This document shows positions 45,841 to 54,757 of a stretch of DNA of 64,000 bases, piece after piece; the first letter of the stretch is position 1, and each line of letters begins with the position of its first letter. The position numbers and the translations under genes are program-made. This DNA is from Candidatus Omnitrophota bacterium. Lineage in GTDB: Bacteria > Omnitrophota > Gorgyraeia > B26-G9. The DNA lies in NCBI GenBank assembly GCA_043806135.1, contig JAZDHG010000064.1:6535-70534 (forward strand). The letters are read 5' to 3'. The notes beneath the pieces are model-generated. The model made no database searches. It saw nothing but the letters and a program-made list of their open reading frames with translations, and had not been told where the DNA came from.

Positions 45841-45975
45841 ACACGTTACACGTTTGCCGGTTACGATACCCGTTTCGGTTTTCGGTTACGTTTTTCGTGT
45901 TTAAAAAACTGTTATTTCTTATCTGCATCCGTAGCCGCCACCGTCATACGATACGGGTTTCGTTACCCTAACCGT
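45841..45975. repeat. GTTAC/CGTTTCGG-rich degenerate direct-repeat array (period ~12 nt) with a terminal palindrome CTAACCGTTACCGGTTAG
   Basis: At 45857-45904 the units ccggttacgata/cccgtttcggtt/ttcggttacgtt/tttcgtgtttaa repeat. gatacccgtttcgg recurs as gatacgggtttcg about 85 nt on. Local GC is higher than the flanks. Confidence 0.5.
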
Positions 45976-47861
45976 TACCGGTTAGTATCTATAAATTCCC
46001 TATGCCACAATTCAAGCATGAGCAATGCACCTATTTTATAGCCATTATCACATTTACGCTGCATATGTTCATCAATAACTTCCTGAACTGCTTCTTTTCT
46101 GAAATATCCTCTATTTAAAGTCAACGGATCAAAAAGTAAATTCATAATATATTCTTTTAGTTTGCCTCTATACCACTGCCCTATAGGAAGACCAAACCCT
46201 TGTTTTTTGCGTCTGATAATTTGCCGGGGCAGATTATTCTTAAAAGCTTGTTTTAAAATATACTTATTAGAAAAATTATGCAGTTTTAAATCATATGGGA
46301 TTGTTGCTGCAAACTCCATAAACTTATGGTCAAGAAACGGTGAACGCGCCTCTAAAGAATGAGCCATGGTCGCAATATCGGTTTTAACCAGCAAGTCATA
46401 AGGGAGATAGCTTTCTATTTCCGCCTGTCTGGTAAGATCGGAAAAGTCCCGTCCGCTTTTATGCTTATAATCGCCGGCAAAAACAGACTGATCTTGCCTA
46501 AGATTTACATGCCGGAGAAAATCATGATTATAGAGAGATCCCTTTTCCTCATAATTGAAAGCAGATATCCACCGCAGATACCGGTCCTGCGGATCATAAT
46601 GCAGGCTTTTAAAGAATCTTTTTATCTGCCAGTTTGTTTTCCTGATATCATCACTGGCATATAGATTTTGCATAAACCCATTTATTGAACTGACCAAAAA
46701 ACCGGGCAGCAAGCTGAAAATTTCAGCCATCCGGCAAGCTGTATAACGGTAGTAGCCGGCAAATGATTCATCTCCGCCGTCACCTGTTAAGACGACCTTG
46801 ACCGAACGTGCAGCAAATTCTGCCAAATAATAGGTAGGTATGCATGAGTAATCGGCAAAAGGCTCTCCGTAGTGCTTTGTGATCTTCGGCAGGACATCAA
46901 GCACATTTGGATTCACGATCAGCTCATTATGTTTTGTCTGAAATTTGTTGGCAACACTGCCGGCAAAATCAAGCTCATTATACAGTTGGTTTGCAAATCC
47001 CACGGAAAATGTGTTCAAAGATTCGCTTGAATTCTTTGCCATTAAAGCAACTATTGCGCTTGAGTCTATACCGCCGCTTAAAAAAGCGCCCAGCGGCACA
47101 TCACTAACCATGCGTTTACGAACAGCATCCTCGAGATTCGCCGTAAGACCCTCTTTATATTCGTTGAGACTTTTTCTTGGACAAACCTTGTGCACAAGTC
47201 TCCAGTATCTTTTTACTTCAACCATATTTTTCTCAATAACCATATAATGCGCAGGCAAAAGTTTTCTTATGTTTTTAAACATGGTCCAGGGAGCCGGAAC
47301 GTATAAAAAAGTCAGATATAAATTAAGCGCCTCACGATCAACCTCTCTTTTAATAAAAGGAGCCTGTACAAGTGCATTCAACTCTGAAGCAAAGGCAAAA
47401 CAATCATGATCATGCCAATACACAAGCGGCTTTTTCCCTAAGCGGTCCCGGGCGATAAAAAGTTTTTTATTTTTCTGATTCCAAAGAGCAAAGGCAAACA
47501 TTCCCTCAAGATAATCCAGGCATTTAAGAGCGTACTCCTCATATAGGTGCACGATCACTTCCGCATCGCCTCTGGAACGGAAAACATGCCCTTTTTTTTC
47601 AAGATCCAAGCGTAGCTGCCTGAAATTATATATTTCCCCGTTAAATACAAGACAAAGACTCCGGTCTTCATTATAAATAGGCTGATCACCGGTTTTAAGA
47701 TCAATTATTGACAGCCGCCTATGCCCAAGCCCGACATTATTTTTAATAAAAAAACCCTGTGCATCCGGGCCGCGGTGCACCAGCGCATCGGTCATTTTCT
47801 GCAGTGTATTCTCATCTACAGCCTTATTATTAAAATTTATTATTCCGCATATCCCGCACAT
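45975..47861 (-). CDS. asnB: asparagine synthase (glutamine-hydrolysing)-family amidotransferase
   Basis: N-terminal MCGICG carries the Ntn Cys2, and the PP-loop SGGIDSS is present. The length is 628 aa. Confidence 0.8.
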   Translation of the reverse strand: MCGICGIINFNNKAVDENTLQKMTDALVHRGPDAQGFFIKNNVGLGHRRLSIIDLKTGDQPIYNEDRSLCLVFNGEIYNFRQLRLDLEKKGHVFRSRGDAEVIVHLYEEYALKCLDYLEGMFAFALWNQKNKKLFIARDRLGKKPLVYWHDHDCFAFASELNALVQAPFIKREVDREALNLYLTFLYVPAPWTMFKNIRKLLPAHYMVIEKNMVEVKRYWRLVHKVCPRKSLNEYKEGLTANLEDAVRKRMVSDVPLGAFLSGGIDSSAIVALMAKNSSESLNTFSVGFANQLYNELDFAGSVANKFQTKHNELIVNPNVLDVLPKITKHYGEPFADYSCIPTYYLAEFAARSVKVVLTGDGGDESFAGYYRYTACRMAEIFSLLPGFLVSSINGFMQNLYASDDIRKTNWQIKRFFKSLHYDPQDRYLRWISAFNYEEKGSLYNHDFLRHVNLRQDQSVFAGDYKHKSGRDFSDLTRQAEIESYLPYDLLVKTDIATMAHSLEARSPFLDHKFMEFAATIPYDLKLHNFSNKYILKQAFKNNLPRQIIRRKKQGFGLPIGQWYRGKLKEYIMNLLFDPLTLNRGYFRKEAVQEVIDEHMQRKCDNGYKIGALLMLELWHREFIDTNR

Positions 47862-47863
47862 AT

Positions 47864-48943
47864 TTATTTGTATCCTTTTAAAACAAGATCAAACACTGAT
47901 TTTAATTTTGAGGCATTTGCCTTAAGCGAATATTTTTCTTCAATAATATTACGCGCTTCTTGAGCAACACTTTTCCTTAAATTTTTATCATCTATCAGTG
48001 CAGTCAACTTCTCTATCCACTCTTTTTTACTTGAAACCAGAAACCCATTCTTCCCATCAATTATTATGTCTTTATAAACACCGGCATTAGAACATACCAC
48101 CGGGATACCGCAGGACATGTACTGCAATGCTTTAAGCCCGCATTTTCCTTTACCCCATCCATCATCATGCAATGGAGCAACGCCGATATCCAATTCATGC
48201 AAATCCGCCACTTCTGTGTTTATATCCCATTTTTTATTAACTACCTTGACACCTTGTATAGCAAAATCCTTTCCCCCGATAATATGCAGGCAGATATTAA
48301 ATTTTTTACTTAATTGTTTAAATACGTCTTCAATATTTTTGAGATAAAAAAGAGAGTGCTCTGTACCGATCCATCCGACAACGGTCTGGTCATTATCATT
48401 TATGAGCTTTTTCTTAATATAGAATTTATCTGTATCCACACAGGTAGGAATAACACATACATTAGGGCTGAAACGACCGGCATATTCTCCCAGATAAGCA
48501 TTTCCGGCAATAACATGCCTGCTGCCCTTGATTATTTCCCTGATATTATTCTTGAACCTGAATTTATAGATAAAACTATCACGCTGAGAAGGAATAAGGA
48601 AAATCGCATCATCAAAATCAAAAATCACATTTTTGTTCAGCTTCATTATTATCTTCTCAATCACAGGGAATATCTGCGGAAAGATTTCCCTTTGTATAAA
48701 AACAATATCATAACCGGGAGCTCTCATTGCATCAATCAAGCGTTTAAAAAACACCCGTACAAGCGCAGCAAATTTGCGTAATGAATTTTTCTCTGAATAC
48801 ACCTTAAGGTAATGATTTTTTTTAACTCCAGGGCTTATCACGCATTCAATCCCCTGTGCTTTTAAATAATCCAGGTACTGGTATACTCTATAGCGGCTTG
48901 CCGGGCCGTCGATATCTGTCTGCGTCAAAAATAAAACTTTCAT
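47864..48943 (-). CDS. glycosyltransferase, GT4 (group 1) family
   Basis: It has the GT-B fold and the C-terminal EGWGKGKCGLKALQYMSCGIPVV motif (E-x7-E-like). The length is 359 aa. Confidence 0.7.
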   Translation of the reverse strand: MKVLFLTQTDIDGPASRYRVYQYLDYLKAQGIECVISPGVKKNHYLKVYSEKNSLRKFAALVRVFFKRLIDAMRAPGYDIVFIQREIFPQIFPVIEKIIMKLNKNVIFDFDDAIFLIPSQRDSFIYKFRFKNNIREIIKGSRHVIAGNAYLGEYAGRFSPNVCVIPTCVDTDKFYIKKKLINDNDQTVVGWIGTEHSLFYLKNIEDVFKQLSKKFNICLHIIGGKDFAIQGVKVVNKKWDINTEVADLHELDIGVAPLHDDGWGKGKCGLKALQYMSCGIPVVCSNAGVYKDIIIDGKNGFLVSSKKEWIEKLTALIDDKNLRKSVAQEARNIIEEKYSLKANASKLKSVFDLVLKGYK

Positions 48944-49023
48944 TTACTCGACCTATTAAAGTACTATTATTTAATGATTCATATTTATCAACTTCTTCTA
49001 TATCAAAACAATAATTATTCCAA

Positions 49024-49992
49024 CTAGTATTTAACTTTGGTTTTTAATTTATTAAGGGCTTTTTTATTTGCTGCATTAAATCCGTTTTTTTGAAGACTTA
49101 TGAAATACGCAAAAACCAGCCTAGTGAATCGATTAAACATGAGAAAAACAAAAACAAAATTTATTAAGCTCAGTATTCTAACCAAAACAGCTTTTAATAA
49201 CCCCTGATGTTTTTTGAAATAACGATACATGCCGGAGTAAAAATAGCCGTAATTTTTTTTAAACGGCAACTGACCTACTGCGCCGCCTCCAAAATGAACT
49301 GCCTTCGCATCCGGCAGCATATGTATCTCATAGCCGGACGACCAGACTCTTTTGCAAAAATCTACGTCATTAAAATATATCGGGAAAATTTCGTCAAACA
49401 ATCCGATTTCTCGGATAATTTTTTTAGGAATCATTAAGCAGGAAGCACCTGCTTGCTCGATTTTTTCAACTTTGTCAAATTTAAGGTCTCGATAAAAATA
49501 ATGGTTCATAAATTTATTTTTGAGAAAAAACTTATCCGATATTCTCCCCAGGTAAAAGAAATAAAAAAACACAGTATTTAGATCGGGGAATCGCCGGTAA
49601 AACTCTTCTTGAAAAGTCCCGTCTGGATTCAATACACGACAAGTCAAGGCCCCCAAACGTGGCCTATTAGAAGCATACTTTACCATGCCTTCAAAAGCAT
49701 CCGGATAAATTATACTGTCCGGATTAAGCAGTAAAATAAAGTTTCCTGTGGCTAATTCTACCCCCTGGTTATTTGCCTTTGCGTAGCCCAGGTTTGAATC
49801 ATTCATCAATAGTTTGACTTGTGGAAAATTAGCTTTAAGCATACTTAGACTGTTGTCGCTGGAATGGTTATCAACAACAATAACCTCAAAACCTATTCTG
49901 CTTGGCACTTCATATATTGCCTCTAAGCATTGTTTTAAATACTTTTCTGTATTCCAGTTAACAATAATAATTGATAATAATTTTTTATCCAT
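49024..49992 (-). CDS. glycosyltransferase, GT2 family
   Basis: It has LSIIIVNWNTEKYLKQCLEAI...VVDNHSSD, the GT-A fold and a DxD motif. The length is 322 aa. Confidence 0.75.
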   Translation of the reverse strand: MDKKLLSIIIVNWNTEKYLKQCLEAIYEVPSRIGFEVIVVDNHSSDNSLSMLKANFPQVKLLMNDSNLGYAKANNQGVELATGNFILLLNPDSIIYPDAFEGMVKYASNRPRLGALTCRVLNPDGTFQEEFYRRFPDLNTVFFYFFYLGRISDKFFLKNKFMNHYFYRDLKFDKVEKIEQAGASCLMIPKKIIREIGLFDEIFPIYFNDVDFCKRVWSSGYEIHMLPDAKAVHFGGGAVGQLPFKKNYGYFYSGMYRYFKKHQGLLKAVLVRILSLINFVFVFLMFNRFTRLVFAYFISLQKNGFNAANKKALNKLKTKVKY

Positions 49993-49993
49993 A

Positions 49994-51736
49994 TTATCTT
50001 AATTTCAACTTTCTAATGAAATTTCCCACAAAACGTATCGGAGCAGTTATTTTCCAGGATGTCGTTTTTTTTAATTGACTTATTTGATAACAAAGACTCT
50101 GATTTTCTTTATGCAACTGAAGCATTTCACAATTGAGCTTTTCCACTAATAGGTCTGTTGGTTTTTTAAACTTATATGTGCGTATAAAAAAGGAAAGCAT
50201 CTTTTGGGCAGATTCATCCCAATTAAAAGAAACTGCTTTATTATAAGCATTTTCGCGCAATAGAGCGCATAATCGTTTATCTTCTATCAATCGTATTATA
50301 TTAGCAGTCAATAATTCATTTTTTTGTATTGGGCTAACCAAGGCTGTTTCCTCGTTTATTGCATAATCTCTATTTCCCTTTTGATCGGTACAAGCAACCA
50401 CACATTTGCAAGACATCGCCTCAAGACTAGGCAATCCAAAACCTTCCAACCAACTCGCAGAAATAAAAATATCGCATGAATTATAAAACTCATTTAAGTT
50501 TTGTTGTTGGGGGTTATGCCAGTATTCATCGCATGTAACTTTTGCCGGTTTAGGCTGTGTACCCATAAGAATACACTTTGCATTCTTGTATTGTTTTTTA
50601 ACAAGCGCGATACTTTTCATTCCATCCTCTGCCCCCTTAAAAAGAAGCTGGCTGTAAACCATTCCTATACGAATACTTTTTTTATCATAGCGTTGTCTTA
50701 GCGAGGGCTCGGGATAAAGCTGCTCATGATTTATCCCCAAAGATACAAGCTCAACCCTATCGTGAGTATTCTCTTCTATTATATTTTTAAGCCATTTGGA
50801 AACTGTCATTTTCTGAAGAGGAAGCCCATATGCATACATAAATTTCATTCCCGGGTGTACAAGAGGCTCAAGATGCTGTATAAAATAATATTTCTGTCCT
50901 GCTTTTTTAGGCGCATTATAAACCAGCGGAACCGTATCAGATAAGGTTGCTATAAGAATGTCGGAAATCGGCAAAAGTTTAACATAGGAGTCCTGATCTG
51001 TTTCAATAATACGCACAGAAGGATTTAAATCAAACCAATCCGGGGTGCTGCTTGATAAAGATAACACATTAACTAAGTGACCTCTTTGCACTAAATTATT
51101 GCAATACTCAAGTATTACTTTTACTCCTCCTGAAACATCCAAACCCGGGATAAGAAACGTTATAGAAAAAATTTTTCTGCTGAACTTCATAGCATCTTTT
51201 GATATGAATCCCGCATCAAAATTCTTATCCAGCTCAAATCCAAAACGAGCAAATAAATCTACCCAATATTCCGGCAAATGCTGATTGATATGCGTAACAT
51301 CAGGATGCATGAAATTTGAACTTGAAGAAAAAAGAACAGTATCTGTGTGACCGCAGATATTAGCTATCGCACATTTTGCTTCTCCATCTGGCAGATGCTC
51401 CATTACTTCTATACAAGTAATTAAATCATACTCATCTTCCAACGGATCTGTGACCGATAACTTCCTGCAATAAGCCCGGATATCTTCCAATGCATTATCA
51501 ATAGCATATTCTGAGATATCAATACCGAAAGCACTAATTTTTTGCCCACGCAAAGCGCTGACCAAAAATCCCCTGGCACAACCTACATCAAGCAGCTTAC
51601 CAGGATTCAACCTGGTTTTTATAACCTTTGCCACAGATTGATTGAATTCTAAAAAATGTTTATGCTCATAAGGCCCATTATTCGCATAGTTTTCAAAGTA
51701 ATTTCTATCAAATTTTTTTTCTTCCATCATTATCAC
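49994..51736 (-). CDS. bifunctional class I SAM-dependent methyltransferase / GT4 glycosyltransferase fusion
   Basis: N-terminal LDVGCARGFLVSAL is MTase motif I. The C-terminal GT4 region has EGFGLPSLEAMSCKCVVACTD. The length is 580 aa. Confidence 0.65.
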   Translation of the reverse strand: MIMMEEKKFDRNYFENYANNGPYEHKHFLEFNQSVAKVIKTRLNPGKLLDVGCARGFLVSALRGQKISAFGIDISEYAIDNALEDIRAYCRKLSVTDPLEDEYDLITCIEVMEHLPDGEAKCAIANICGHTDTVLFSSSSNFMHPDVTHINQHLPEYWVDLFARFGFELDKNFDAGFISKDAMKFSRKIFSITFLIPGLDVSGGVKVILEYCNNLVQRGHLVNVLSLSSSTPDWFDLNPSVRIIETDQDSYVKLLPISDILIATLSDTVPLVYNAPKKAGQKYYFIQHLEPLVHPGMKFMYAYGLPLQKMTVSKWLKNIIEENTHDRVELVSLGINHEQLYPEPSLRQRYDKKSIRIGMVYSQLLFKGAEDGMKSIALVKKQYKNAKCILMGTQPKPAKVTCDEYWHNPQQQNLNEFYNSCDIFISASWLEGFGLPSLEAMSCKCVVACTDQKGNRDYAINEETALVSPIQKNELLTANIIRLIEDKRLCALLRENAYNKAVSFNWDESAQKMLSFFIRTYKFKKPTDLLVEKLNCEMLQLHKENQSLCYQISQLKKTTSWKITAPIRFVGNFIRKLKLR

Positions 51737-52998
51737 CTGTTATTTTCACAATTTAAAAAAGTAATCGCAGCATCTAGAAAAACAATGCCTTCTGCATTGG
51801 AGTTCCCGTTTACTGAAAAACTGACCATATCATTACGATAATCAAGGAAGGAAATCCCTTCTTTATAGGAAACAGCCGGAGTAATGCAATAGGCTCCAGG
51901 AAGCAAATTAGCTGTAAAAGAAAAGTCAACACAGACTACTTGTTCTGCCAATATTTTCCCCAGCTTTTTCCCCTCTTGAAACGTATGCATATTATGTACC
52001 CGTATTCCTTTTTCATCGTTAATTATAAATCCGATTATAGGATCTTCTACGTCTTTATAAAATTTTATATTTGCTTTTAAAGTCGCTCTGGATGAAGTTT
52101 GTAGGCACTGTGTTTCATTGTTATTTCCATCGTATAATTTGGCTGAAATTATTTTTGCATCTTGGCTTCCAAAACGCTCAATAGTTTTCGGCATGTCAAC
52201 AATAGAAGCTTTGATGATTCGCTCGCTCATCAGCTGTTTAAATATTTTAACAATATTAAGAGAATCTCCTGTTGCTTTTACAGACCCTGAGCAAAGCATA
52301 ATCGCCGAATTTGCATGATAAGTTATTTTATGCAAATCATGAGAAATAAGTATTATTGTTGTACCTCTTTTTTTCAGTAATTGAATTTTTTCAAAACATT
52401 TATTTTGAAAAGCAATATCTCCGACTGCAAGCACCTCATCTATCAATAATATTTCCGGTTCGCAATGCACGGCTACAGCAAATCCAAGCCTTACAAACAT
52501 GCCGCTTGAATAAAATTTTACAGGTGTATCTAAAAAATCTCCGATATCCGCAAAATCAACTATTTGATCAAATTTTTTATCGATTTCTCGTTTATTCATT
52601 CCTAATATTGCTCCGTTTATATAAATATTTTCTCTGCCAGTCAACAGGGGATGGAATCCTGCTCCTACCTCAATAAGTGCGCCAATTCTTCCTCGAATGG
52701 TTATTTTTCCCTTATCCGGCCAAAATATTCCATTGAGCAGTTTTAAAAGGGTGGTCTTGCCGGCCCCATTAGCACCGATAACTCCAACGGTTTGTCCTCT
52801 TTTCACCTCAAAATTAATATCATCCAAAGCCCAGAATTCTCCCTCGCGTAATTTATGCGAATTAGAACTTAAGCCGACAGTGTTTCTCAGAATATCATTC
52901 ACTCCATAAATCATCGAACGCTTCAGAGATTTACAGTATTTTTTTGACACATGCTCTACTTTTATCGCAAAATCATTCATTTTATATCCTCTCGGCAA
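51733..52998 (-). CDS. wzt: polysaccharide ABC exporter ATP-binding protein Wzt/TagH-like with extended C-terminal (carbohydrate-binding-type) domain
   Basis: It has the Walker A motif GANGAGKTTLLKLL, the signature YSSGMFVRL and Walker B LLIDE. An extra ~170 aa C-terminal beta-rich domain follows. Confidence 0.75.
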   Translation of the reverse strand: MPRGYKMNDFAIKVEHVSKKYCKSLKRSMIYGVNDILRNTVGLSSNSHKLREGEFWALDDINFEVKRGQTVGVIGANGAGKTTLLKLLNGIFWPDKGKITIRGRIGALIEVGAGFHPLLTGRENIYINGAILGMNKREIDKKFDQIVDFADIGDFLDTPVKFYSSGMFVRLGFAVAVHCEPEILLIDEVLAVGDIAFQNKCFEKIQLLKKRGTTIILISHDLHKITYHANSAIMLCSGSVKATGDSLNIVKIFKQLMSERIIKASIVDMPKTIERFGSQDAKIISAKLYDGNNNETQCLQTSSRATLKANIKFYKDVEDPIIGFIINDEKGIRVHNMHTFQEGKKLGKILAEQVVCVDFSFTANLLPGAYCITPAVSYKEGISFLDYRNDMVSFSVNGNSNAEGIVFLDAAITFLNCENNR

Positions 52999-53845
52999 CT
53001 CTTGTTTCTGTTAAATGAAAAATTACTAAACAGACGACAAAAATCGCAAAAGACAAAATAACAGAAATAAAAACCCCTATCCAATCCGGCCTTGAATTCA
53101 TTATACCCATCAAAATGATATTTCTAGGCACACAAACAAGGTAATATAGCATGTTATAATTCGTCAGATGAGCAAGCATACCTGTTGCAGGTCTAGCATA
53201 CAAAACAGGAGTTAAAAACATAAAAAAAGTCATCAGGATAGAAAGCGCATTGCCTATATCGCGGAAGATACCATTTAGAAGAGATAAAATAAAACCAAAG
53301 CCTAGAGAAAGGCATATGATCGGAAAAACAAGCATCGGTAAAAATAAAATTAAAATGCTGGGTCTAATTTGATAATAAATGCACAAAATTACAAATAAAG
53401 TCATTTGGATTAAAAAAGAAACAATTGCTTGTCCAAAAGAAGCAATAATCAGGGACTTTTTTGAAAAGTTAATTTTTACGATCATCGATCCGGCTTTTAC
53501 AAGAGAATTGGAAGTAGAGATTAAACCCGCTGCAAACAGTTGCCAAAATGCCACTCCTAATATGGCATATACCGGATATGGCACATTGATATCGCCAAAA
53601 GTAAATATACCGGAACGTTTCAAAATCACAAATGTTCCGACACTCACTAAAGGAAAGATAAATACCCACATAATACCAATGAAAGACTGCTTGTAAAGAG
53701 TCAAAAAATCTCTTTTAAATAATTGGTAAGTAAGCCATCGGTTTTCTTTCAGTTCATCGAAGATTTCTCTAAAAATAGACAAATATCCTTTTTTGATCGA
53801 ATTATCCGGCTCGCACACAGTAATGCGCTGTCTTGTTTGCTCCAC
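52982..53845 (-). CDS. wzm: ABC-2 type polysaccharide exporter permease Wzm
   Basis: It has six TM helices and ABC-2 family topology, and it overlaps wzt. Confidence 0.75.
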   Translation of the reverse strand: MEQTRQRITVCEPDNSIKKGYLSIFREIFDELKENRWLTYQLFKRDFLTLYKQSFIGIMWVFIFPLVSVGTFVILKRSGIFTFGDINVPYPVYAILGVAFWQLFAAGLISTSNSLVKAGSMIVKINFSKKSLIIASFGQAIVSFLIQMTLFVILCIYYQIRPSILILFLPMLVFPIICLSLGFGFILSLLNGIFRDIGNALSILMTFFMFLTPVLYARPATGMLAHLTNYNMLYYLVCVPRNIILMGIMNSRPDWIGVFISVILSFAIFVVCLVIFHLTETRVAERI

Positions 53846-53859
53846 AACCTTCTCCTATA

Positions 53860-54354
53860 TCATTTTAACAATTTCAAAAAGTCCAATTTTCCTAAAAGAC
53901 TATTTGTTTTAATACACATATTTTCTACTTTTTTGATTTTATCTTCCAAATTTATTATTTGCCCCTTAGATTGAGTGCTTTTCAGATGTCCAATTTTTCC
54001 TTTTGCCCTTTTAATAACCAGATTTAATTCTTCAAATCTCTGTCTTAATCCATGCTCCAGCTGATTGACCACAACATTTATTGTATCGGTGTTAGCCTCG
54101 TAAAAATCCTTACGTGTACCCTTAACCCAAACCTTACGCACTGCCTGCCAGCGTTCCAAAGCTCGGATATTTGTACTTACATAGCCTTTACTGACTCTAA
54201 GTTTTTCCATCATTTCATCCAGGGACATGGGTTTTTCGCTCAAAAACAACAGAACATAAAGCTGCCCGGCTACACGGTTAATGCCTAAAGAAGCCGCAAA
54301 GTTACTTCCCCCATCCACCAGTTCATCAATTATAGCGTTAAATTGCTCTCTCAT
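53860..54354 (-). CDS. GbsR/MarR-like winged-helix transcriptional regulator
   Basis: LYVLLFLSEKPMSLDEMMEKLRVSKGYVSTNIRALERWQAVRKVWVKGTRKDFYEA matches the GbsR-family HTH core (…S.G.VS.N.R.LE.W.LVRKVW…RRD.Y.A). Confidence 0.55.
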   Translation of the reverse strand: MREQFNAIIDELVDGGSNFAASLGINRVAGQLYVLLFLSEKPMSLDEMMEKLRVSKGYVSTNIRALERWQAVRKVWVKGTRKDFYEANTDTINVVVNQLEHGLRQRFEELNLVIKRAKGKIGHLKSTQSKGQIINLEDKIKKVENMCIKTNSLLGKLDFLKLLK

Positions 54355-54366
54355 GATTTCTCCTTT

Positions 54367-54402
54367 GTTTAGAACGTTTAATATATTCTAAACGTTCTAA
54401 AC
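54367..54402. promoter_or_regulatory. candidate operator: perfect 14-bp inverted repeat GTTTAGAACGTTTA-N8-TAAACGTTCTAAAC
   Basis: The arms lie at 54367-54380 and 54389-54402, 13-48 nt upstream of the GbsR-like start (54354, minus strand). Each arm contains the palindromic core GAACGTTC. Confidence 0.55.
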
Positions 54403-54580
54403 ATAAATATATCATATTATTCATTATTTTTCAAGTTTAGAAAAGACAGAGCAAAGGTGAGAAAAATAAAACTTATAATTTCAGCAATTCCAATTAATAA
54501 CATAAAGATAACTCATCGGTAGTTTACACTCTTATTTGAATCATGCGTTTTCTATCTGTGTTCATCTGCGTCTTTTAACA

Positions 54581-54757
54581 TCAGCGATCATCTGTGATAT
54601 CAAACTCCTCTGCCTCATCAACAAGCATAACAGGGATATCGTCTTTTATCGGATACCTTCTGTGACACTTGGTGCAAATCAGCTTTTCTGATTCAAGCCT
54701 CACGCTCACTTTACAAACAGGACAAGCCAGTATTTCCAGCAATTCTTTACTAATCAT
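54581..54757 (-). CDS. Trm112/UPF0434 (YcaR)-family small zinc-ribbon protein (58 aa; below the ORF-track cut-off)
   Basis: Manual translation gives MISKELLEILACPVCKVSVRLESEKLICTKCHRRYPIKDDIPVMLVDEAEEFDITDDR, with the Trm112 signature LLxILxCPxCKG...C..C...YPI.DGIP.ML. Its start overlaps the upstream gene's stop as ATGA. Confidence 0.65.
   Translation of the reverse strand: MISKELLEILACPVCKVSVRLESEKLICTKCHRRYPIKDDIPVMLVDEAEEFDITDDR

Noticed and set aside
45841-45975. I considered whether the short repeats could be a CRISPR array.
   Set aside because: The repeat unit is only about 12 nt and degenerate, there are no unique spacers of regular length, and no cas genes are present.
45817-46041. 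A 74-aa plus-strand ORF spans the GTTAC repeat array.
   Set aside because: The reading frame is an artefact of the repetitive CGTT/GTTAC sequence. It overlaps the asnB 3' end and has no start-site context.
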